The notes beneath the pieces were generated by a model. That model did not search any database. It had not been told where the DNA came from and saw only the letters and a list, made by a program, of their open reading frames with translations. From contig BK006942.2 of the NCBI GenBank assembly GCA_000146045.2, forward strand, positions 96,001 to 160,000: a stretch of 64,000 nucleotides of DNA, given 5' to 3'. Of this stretch, positions 58,501 through 64,000 are shown piece after piece. The position numbers and the translations under genes were made by a program. The stretch's first letter is position 1. Each line of letters opens with the position of its first letter. The DNA comes from TPA_inf: Saccharomyces (taxonomy: Eukaryota).

Positions 58501-58846
58501 GGAAAATAAAAGATATGTTGTAAACTTTGATGGGGTTGATTTGGACACAAAGATTGGGTATGAGCTTTTGGAGTACAAAAAATTTGTTAGTTTGCCCATG
58601 GCGTGGATTAAATGGGATAACGTTGTTATTGAAAACCACGCAAAAAGAAAAGAAATTGAAGGAAATATGATTCAAATATCAATAAACGAATTTGCACGAT
58701 GGAGAAACGATAAGCTGAACAAAGCGCAGCAGCCGACGCGCAAACAGCGTTCTCTAAAAATACCTCGAGAGTTACCGGTTAAATTTCAACACCGTATGAG
58801 CATATCCTCCGTCCTCCAGCAGACATCCAAAGAACCATTTTGGTAA
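55595..58846 (+). CDS. HOS4: Set3-complex ankyrin-repeat subunit Hos4, 1083 aa
   Basis: Ankyrin repeats (GNTALHEAALQGHIEIVELLIENGADVN...). Acidic poly-Asp tract. 1083 aa. Confidence 0.93.
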   Translation: MNETTTKQPLKKRSLSSYLSNVSTRREELEKISKQETSEEEDTAGKHEQRETLSEEVSDKFPENVASFRSQTTSVHQATQNNLNAKESEDLAHKNDASSHEGEVNGDSRPDDVPETNEKISQAIRAKISSSSSSPNVRNVDIQNHQPFSRDQLRAMLKEPKRKTVDDFIEEEGLGAVEEEDLSDEVLEKNTTEPENVEKDIEYSDSDKDTDDVGSDDPTAPNSPIKLGRRKLVRGDQLDATTSSMFNNESDSELSDIDDSKNIALSSSLFRGGSSPVKETNNNLSNMNSSPAQNPKRGSVSRSNDSNKSSHIAVSKRPKQKKGIYRDSGGRTRLQIACDKGKYDVVKKMIEEGGYDINDQDNAGNTALHEAALQGHIEIVELLIENGADVNIKSIEMFGDTPLIDASANGHLDVVKYLLKNGADPTIRNAKGLTAFESVDDESEFDDEEDQKILREIKKRLSIAAKKWTNRAGIHNDKSKNGNNAHTIDQPPFDNTTKAKNEKAADSPSMASNIDEKAPEEEFYWTDVTSRAGKEKLFKASKEGHLPYVGTYVENGGKIDLRSFFESVKCGHEDITSIFLAFGFPVNQTSRDNKTSALMVAVGRGHLGTVKLLLEAGADPTKRDKKGRTALYYAKNSIMGITNSEEIQLIENAINNYLKKHSEDNNDDDDDDDNNNETYKHEKKREKTQSPILASRRSATPRIEDEEDDTRMLNLADDDFNNDRDVKESTTSDSRKRLDDNENVGTQYSLDWKKRKTNALQDEEKLKSISPLSMEPHSPKKAKSVEISKIHEETAAEREARLKEEEEYRKKRLEKKRKKEQELLQKLAEDEKKRIEEQEKQKVLEMERLEKATLEKARKMEREKEMEEISYRRAVRDLYPLGLKIINFNDKLDYKRFLPLYYFVDEKNDKFVLDLQVMILLKDIDLLSKDNQPTSEKIPVDPSHLTPLWNMLKFIFLYGGSYDDKKNNMENKRYVVNFDGVDLDTKIGYELLEYKKFVSLPMAWIKWDNVVIENHAKRKEIEGNMIQISINEFARWRNDKLNKAQQPTRKQRSLKIPRELPVKFQHRMSISSVLQQTSKEPFW

Positions 58847-59221
58847 AACAATTCATCGGTCCGTTGGCATATGCTCATACATAGTTGCATTTTCGATTCA
58901 TTAAATACTATTCATGTTAACATAATTCCATATAATCGTACTGTTTTGTCATTATTATATCGGCATGACACTCACCAATTTCTTTTTTTGATTTTGTATT
59001 GTTCGATAAGGCAACGAACGAGTACTCGAAAAAATGTCATGGACCCCTTAAAATTACTGAGGGGTTCAGAAAATACCGTGCAAAAGACGAAAAAAGACGA
59101 ATTTCATTTGATTTATATTTTATAAATGACTGTTGCATTAAACAATAGACCAATTATTTCAATTTAATATTCTTTGCAGGAAACTTTCACAATGGAATAA
59201 CGCCACATATTCATTGTAAAG

Positions 59222-59765
59222 AGCATGTATAACAAACACTGATTTTTGTTTTGAGTTTTAAAAGATATCCATTTACTAACATTCGAGGTGTACAAGCACA
59301 AGTTTTGCAGTGTTGCGTACTTCTCTTACTAAAGGGGCACGGCTAACTGGGACAAGATTTGTTCAAACAAAGGCCCTTTCGAAGGCAACATTGACAGATC
59401 TGCCCGAAAGATGGGAAAATATGCCAAACTTAGAACAGAAAGAGATTGCAGATAATTTGACAGAACGTCAAAAGCTTCCATGGAAAACTCTCAATAACGA
59501 GGAAATCAAAGCAGCTTGGTACATATCCTACGGCGAGTGGGGACCTAGAAGACCTGTACACGGAAAAGGCGATGTTGCATTTATAACTAAAGGAGTATTT
59601 TTAGGGTTAGGAATCTCATTTGGGCTCTTTGGTTTAGTGAGACTATTAGCCAATCCTGAAACTCCAAAGACTATGAACAGGGAATGGCAGTTGAAATCAG
59701 ACGAGTATCTGAAGTCAAAAAATGCCAATCCTTGGGGAGGTTATTCTCAAGTTCAATCTAAATAA
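59222..59765 (+). CDS. COX5B: Cytochrome c oxidase subunit Vb (hypoxic isoform), 151 aa; spliced: join(59222..59222, 59311..59765)
   Basis: Exon 1 is only the A of the ATG. Exon 2 begins TGTTGCGTACT, giving MLRTSLTKGARLTGTRFVQTK..., the mitochondrial presequence of Cox5b. The track's M at 59310 is a GTG artefact. Confidence 0.85.
59223..59310 (+). other. COX5B: COX5B intron (88 nt) that splits the AUG start codon
   Basis: 5' splice site GCAUGU (59223-59228, non-canonical GC donor). Branchpoint UACUAAC at 59274-59280. 3' splice site CAG at 59308-59310. Confidence 0.8.
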
Positions 59766-60044
59766 GTAGACGAGGAAAATAAAATTGTTTCGTATATTCC
59801 GTGTTTGGGGTATAAGTAGATTGTTTTCATATATACGCATTTGGTCTTAGTTCAGTAGGTTGATTACTTAGTTCCTTGTACCTTCTTCTGCAAATATCAT
59901 TCATTGTTACTTCGAAGAAGAAAAAAAATAATCATGGAAAATTGGAAAAAAAAAAAGTCCAATCTAAAAAATAAAAATGTTCAAGTCATCGATTCTATGG
60001 GGAGGAAAAGGACAATCAGAACCGAAGTGTTGTGTAGCTAAAAT

Positions 60045-61178
60045 ATGTCATTTTCCTTCGGCTTTACTTCCAATGACTTTGATGATGATGAGCTTGTTGC
60101 TCAACCTGAAACATTCGTTGAAAGCAGCAAAGAAAACGAAAATACCACTGCTTACATCAATCCATTAGATTCGGATTTCTTGTCGCAAGCTGGAGTTGTG
60201 CAGCCAAATGTGGAAGACCTAGGAACAATATTGGAAAGTCTTAAGGATGTTAGATTGACATTTGAAGAGTTCCAATCTCCGATATATAGAAAACCATTGA
60301 TCAAGAGGGAACTATTCGATGTCAAACATCAGCTAATGTTAGAGACAGATGCCCAATCCAACAACAACTCCACGGAACTGGACATTTTACTAGGTGATAC
60401 TTCTGAAGATTTGAGAAAGAACATCTATGAAGGTGGGTTGAAATCATGGGAGTGCTCTTATGATTTAGTTGATTTGTTGTCAGAGAACGTTGATAGAATA
60501 AGCAACGATATCGACGCGGTTGTCGAAATAGGCTGTGGTACGGCACTACCCTCAGAGTTTCTTTTCAGATCTGCTCTTCTACGGAATGATAGAAGTAAAG
60601 GTTTAAAGTTTGTTTTGACTGACTATAATGCCAGTGTATTAAGATTAGTTACCATACCGAATTTGGTTATAACATGGGCTAAAACGGTTTTGACAAAGGA
60701 ACAATGGTACGCCTTACAGAAAGACGAATGTGAAGATATTCCAATAAATAATGAGGAACTGCTTCTTACCTCAAAGCTGTTAGCTGCCTTTTACGACGAT
60801 GTACAAAGCAGGAATATCAGCGTCACTCTTATATCAGGATCGTGGGGACGTAAATTTAGTAATTTGATCCATGAAGTACTCTCAGGTAGCCAAAAAGTCC
60901 TTTCATTATCCTCAGAAACAATTTATCAACCTGACAATTTGCCCGTTATAGCGGAAACAATACTTGACATACACAATTTACCACAAACCGATGTCAAAAC
61001 TTACGTAGCCGCAAAGGATATTTATTTTGGAGTCGGTGGTAGCATCACTGAATTTGAAGCTTATTTGGACGACAAAATAAACTCCGAACATCTACCAATT
61101 CATTCTGAAAGGTTTAAAGTTAACTCTGGCTTAAAAAGGTCGATTATATGCATTGAAACAAATAAAGCTATCCGATAG
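60045..61178 (+). CDS. HPM1: Protein-histidine N-methyltransferase (methylates Rpl3), 377 aa
   Basis: SAM-dependent methyltransferase motif (VVEIGCGTALPSEFLF). 377 aa. Matches YIL110W. Confidence 0.9.
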   Translation: MSFSFGFTSNDFDDDELVAQPETFVESSKENENTTAYINPLDSDFLSQAGVVQPNVEDLGTILESLKDVRLTFEEFQSPIYRKPLIKRELFDVKHQLMLETDAQSNNNSTELDILLGDTSEDLRKNIYEGGLKSWECSYDLVDLLSENVDRISNDIDAVVEIGCGTALPSEFLFRSALLRNDRSKGLKFVLTDYNASVLRLVTIPNLVITWAKTVLTKEQWYALQKDECEDIPINNEELLLTSKLLAAFYDDVQSRNISVTLISGSWGRKFSNLIHEVLSGSQKVLSLSSETIYQPDNLPVIAETILDIHNLPQTDVKTYVAAKDIYFGVGGSITEFEAYLDDKINSEHLPIHSERFKVNSGLKRSIICIETNKAIR

Positions 61179-61384
61179 TTAGTATAATTTGTTTCAACTT
61201 CATTTCCTTAAGTTAATCCATAAGTCTTTTACTGTATCTTTTATTTATAACATGGATGAAAATAGAAAAGAAATATAGAAGTAAAAATTAAAGTAACTGT
61301 TCAATATACATAATATAATTGGAAAGCAAAAATGCAACCAACAAAAATATACAGTTTCTTTTTATCATTGATTCCCTTTTAGCC

Positions 61385-64000
61385 TTATTTGCTAATTCTG
61401 GCTTTCATGATTTGTAAGAATTCTCTGTAACTTTCGTTATTCAAAATCTTATCCTCCACTAAGGTGCTAGAAGCCCATAGTCTTAGCGTTGCAACTTCCC
61501 TAGCAGATGCATGGTTAACGGGCTCGCTCAAAGAGGCACCCCTAACAATATACAATGATTGGTAAGTGATGACATCATCATGGTTTCTCAATTGGTTGAT
61601 AATGTTTCTTACTCTTTGATTGAATTCAGAATTTTCAACAACAGGTATTTCCTGTTTGCCAATTGGAATGTCAAAGATATCCTGTGTTCCAAACACATCG
61701 AATACTAGCGCTGGTACAGCGTCACCACCCATCCACAAAAACAATTCGTTACCATTATCTATCAAGTATAGACCGTATCTTTCAAACAACGAAGAGGTAG
61801 CATTGATTGGTTGAGGCAAAACAATTGTGCCAGTAGCTTCACCATCTTCAGTTTGCACTGGTAACCCAGCCTCATCAGCCATATCATGCAGCGAATAAAC
61901 ATCAGGGTAGATGTTTTTGATTAGATATTTCAAAGGTAATGATTCTAAGTTGTTCAAGGCCGAGGCGCGATGGTCACTTGGGACAATACCAGATCTAAAT
62001 GCCATATGCTTAGTTAAAGAATGCATTAACAATGGGAACATTCTCAAATTGGCACATAACCTCAATGGGGCCCCCCCTGCAGTGTTGGACACCACTATTT
62101 CCTTCTTGTACGTGGCTAAGATATCTTGCACGGATTTGTTGATCAATACTCTTGCATCGTCCAAACTGGAATTCAATGCTTTCTCCACCGCCTTCGAGTT
62201 GTAAAACGACGCTATAGCTAATTGGTCAGCAGATGCGTAGACTTCTGCCAACGATTCCGTGGTTGGCATAGCCAATGTTATAATTCTTATTCTACGTTGA
62301 CTATTATTCAGAGATAAAAGTACCGCTACTTGAACATAACAATAGTCAGCCATAATGGATTCATCAACGTTAACTTCGAATAAGTATGATTGATCTCTTG
62401 GCATGGTGGAAAATGCACATAAATCAGATGATCTATTGAAGAAGTGACCATAGAATCTACTCATTCTCAAACCTGTGGAACCACGGGCTCTCATTACGGT
62501 TTCCATACAGAAATCCATGGAAATGTGCTTGGCAAACTCAGTGGAAAATTTGACAATATCATTTGGGTTCTTGCCTGAAAAACCAGGATAGAAATGCGTT
62601 TGACCAGCAGTGAAACGACTCAAATTCGATAGTGATGCAACGTCCATATAATCTTCAGAAGCCAAAAATAAATCGACAGTAATCTGTACTTTAGAACAAT
62701 CGATGGTGAAATTCTTATAAAATGAGTCTTGACAGGAAAGTAGTTGTGCAGTTTCCTTGGATGTATTAACAACACCACTTTCATTTCTCCTTTGTAATTT
62801 TCCTATGCCTAAGTTGGGCAAAGTACCTGACACAACAATTATTTTACCACCAACGCCACCAATTAAATGATAAGCGGATTTCAAAGCGGGGCCCAGTGCG
62901 AAATTTGTGATTAAATTAGATTGGAAGATTTGAGGAATCTTGGTCAATAAAGTTTCAATGTTTTGTCTGCAGGCCTTTAAGGACACAACCATAGAGTTTG
63001 GTCTGGGCAAGAAAGGCTCTTCCAGGTCGGCAATATCCATCATGTTGATTTGATCGGCGGACTCTTCATTGTTTTCAGAATCCAATGGGATTTTAAAGTA
63101 GTGAATGGCGTTGTCTACACATAAGATGGAAATTCTGGTTCTTTCATCATGGTTTGGAATGGAATCAAGATTTTGCAAAAGGGTGTTGATGGTAGTGGCC
63201 AGTAACCCACTCTTGATAGAGGACTGGGAGACATCGATCAGGAAACAGTAAGTGGCTGGAGGTGGTTGTCTTAGAGTATATTCCTTTGGGGCCATATATT
63301 CCATCACAGCACATTTGATTTCATTTCTGTCGTATCTACTCTTTGGGTCGTTTGGATCGCTCTGGTCCATTTGCATAGGAACGTCATTGGCCAGACGACA
63401 AAAGTTACATCTCCATCTTCTGCCTTGCTCGATAAAAGTGACAAAAGGGTTCATGTAAGAACGACAACGACGACAACGGACAATAAGTCCATCTTCATTC
63501 AATGGAGGCGGGTCGATATCGTCGTACAAGTGTTGGTATGGTCTGATAACAAGCCCAAATGGAAGTTTAGACTTCTTCAGCAGGGAGCTGTTCTTAGGAA
63601 CGGCGTTCAAGGTCGACCTGATATAATCTGGAGACGCATTGGACAATTCAGAAGGAACTAACATCCTTTCTGGAGGAATAACCAACGGTGGGGGAGGCAA
63701 GGTCAGATCGGTAATTGGAGGAGGCAATTCCGTCAACAGATCGATTGGATACAACTGGTTCATGGGCCTCATGTTTTGGCCCATTGCGGCGCTAGGTTGG
63801 CCATACGCAGGCGCTGCCATTGGTTGTTGCTGTTGCTGCAAAGGTGTGCCCATTTGCACGGGAACCTGTGGCTGCATATAAGCGTTAGGATCGACTAGCG
63901 GTACGTTGTGCAGATGCATATCGTTCATGGAAGTGGTGGCCTGATCAATTTGCTGGTGTAACTGTTCTTGAGCAGGGGTTAGGAATTGTTGCTGCCCCAT
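61385..64000 (-). CDS. SEC24: COPII coat subunit Sec24, C-terminal ~871 of 926 aa; the N-terminus lies beyond the window end
   Basis: Sec23/24 zinc finger (CRRCRSYMNPF...CNFC), trunk, beta-sandwich and gelsolin-like domains. The frame is open to position 64000; the M at the window edge is an internal Met. Confidence 0.93.
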   Translation of the reverse strand: MGQQQFLTPAQEQLHQQIDQATTSMNDMHLHNVPLVDPNAYMQPQVPVQMGTPLQQQQQPMAAPAYGQPSAAMGQNMRPMNQLYPIDLLTELPPPITDLTLPPPPLVIPPERMLVPSELSNASPDYIRSTLNAVPKNSSLLKKSKLPFGLVIRPYQHLYDDIDPPPLNEDGLIVRCRRCRSYMNPFVTFIEQGRRWRCNFCRLANDVPMQMDQSDPNDPKSRYDRNEIKCAVMEYMAPKEYTLRQPPPATYCFLIDVSQSSIKSGLLATTINTLLQNLDSIPNHDERTRISILCVDNAIHYFKIPLDSENNEESADQINMMDIADLEEPFLPRPNSMVVSLKACRQNIETLLTKIPQIFQSNLITNFALGPALKSAYHLIGGVGGKIIVVSGTLPNLGIGKLQRRNESGVVNTSKETAQLLSCQDSFYKNFTIDCSKVQITVDLFLASEDYMDVASLSNLSRFTAGQTHFYPGFSGKNPNDIVKFSTEFAKHISMDFCMETVMRARGSTGLRMSRFYGHFFNRSSDLCAFSTMPRDQSYLFEVNVDESIMADYCYVQVAVLLSLNNSQRRIRIITLAMPTTESLAEVYASADQLAIASFYNSKAVEKALNSSLDDARVLINKSVQDILATYKKEIVVSNTAGGAPLRLCANLRMFPLLMHSLTKHMAFRSGIVPSDHRASALNNLESLPLKYLIKNIYPDVYSLHDMADEAGLPVQTEDGEATGTIVLPQPINATSSLFERYGLYLIDNGNELFLWMGGDAVPALVFDVFGTQDIFDIPIGKQEIPVVENSEFNQRVRNIINQLRNHDDVITYQSLYIVRGASLSEPVNHASAREVATLRLWASSTLVEDKILNNESYREFLQIMKARISK

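Overview
The window appears to be Saccharomyces cerevisiae nuclear DNA from the left arm of chromosome IX, covering YIL135C (partial) through YIL109C (partial). The identification rests on gene order, exact protein lengths and recalled protein sequences; no database search was run.

It is AT-rich, compact and almost fully explained by known genes. There are 27 protein-coding genes: VHS2 (5' fragment), FLX1, RPL16A, CSM2, FKH1, ASG1, TAO3, MET18, RRT14, STH1, KGD1, AYR1, SIM1, POG1, QDR2, QDR1, RPI1, RHO3, PRM5, HIS5, NUP159, POR2, SDP1, HOS4, COX5B, HPM1 and SEC24 (3' part). There is also one C/D-box snoRNA (snR68-like) that the ORF track cannot show.

Two genes are spliced. RPL16A has a 290-nt intron with a GUACGU donor. 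COX5B has a 1-nt first coding exon (the A of the AUG) and an unusual GCAUGU donor. The ORF track mis-starts both because of the introns, and it mis-starts TAO3, MET18, AYR1 and QDR2 because it accepts TTG/GTG starts.

I found no tRNA, Ty element or solo LTR, rDNA, CRISPR array or other foreign insertion. The many other track ORFs are antisense or low-complexity repeat artefacts (poly-Asn, poly-Ser and FG-repeat DNA open in several frames).

I see no evidence of an undescribed gene system here. The points worth a second look are splice-site oddities, promoter motif clusters (paired E-boxes between RRT14 and STH1, Gcn4 sites at HIS5, HAP/CCAAT at KGD1, a Rox1 site at COX5B, Rap1 sites at RPL16A), an unusually long 1.9-kb RPI1–RHO3 intergenic region containing a C14 homopolymer, the QDR2–QDR1 tandem duplication, and several microsatellite or tandem-repeat tracts that are likely polymorphic.
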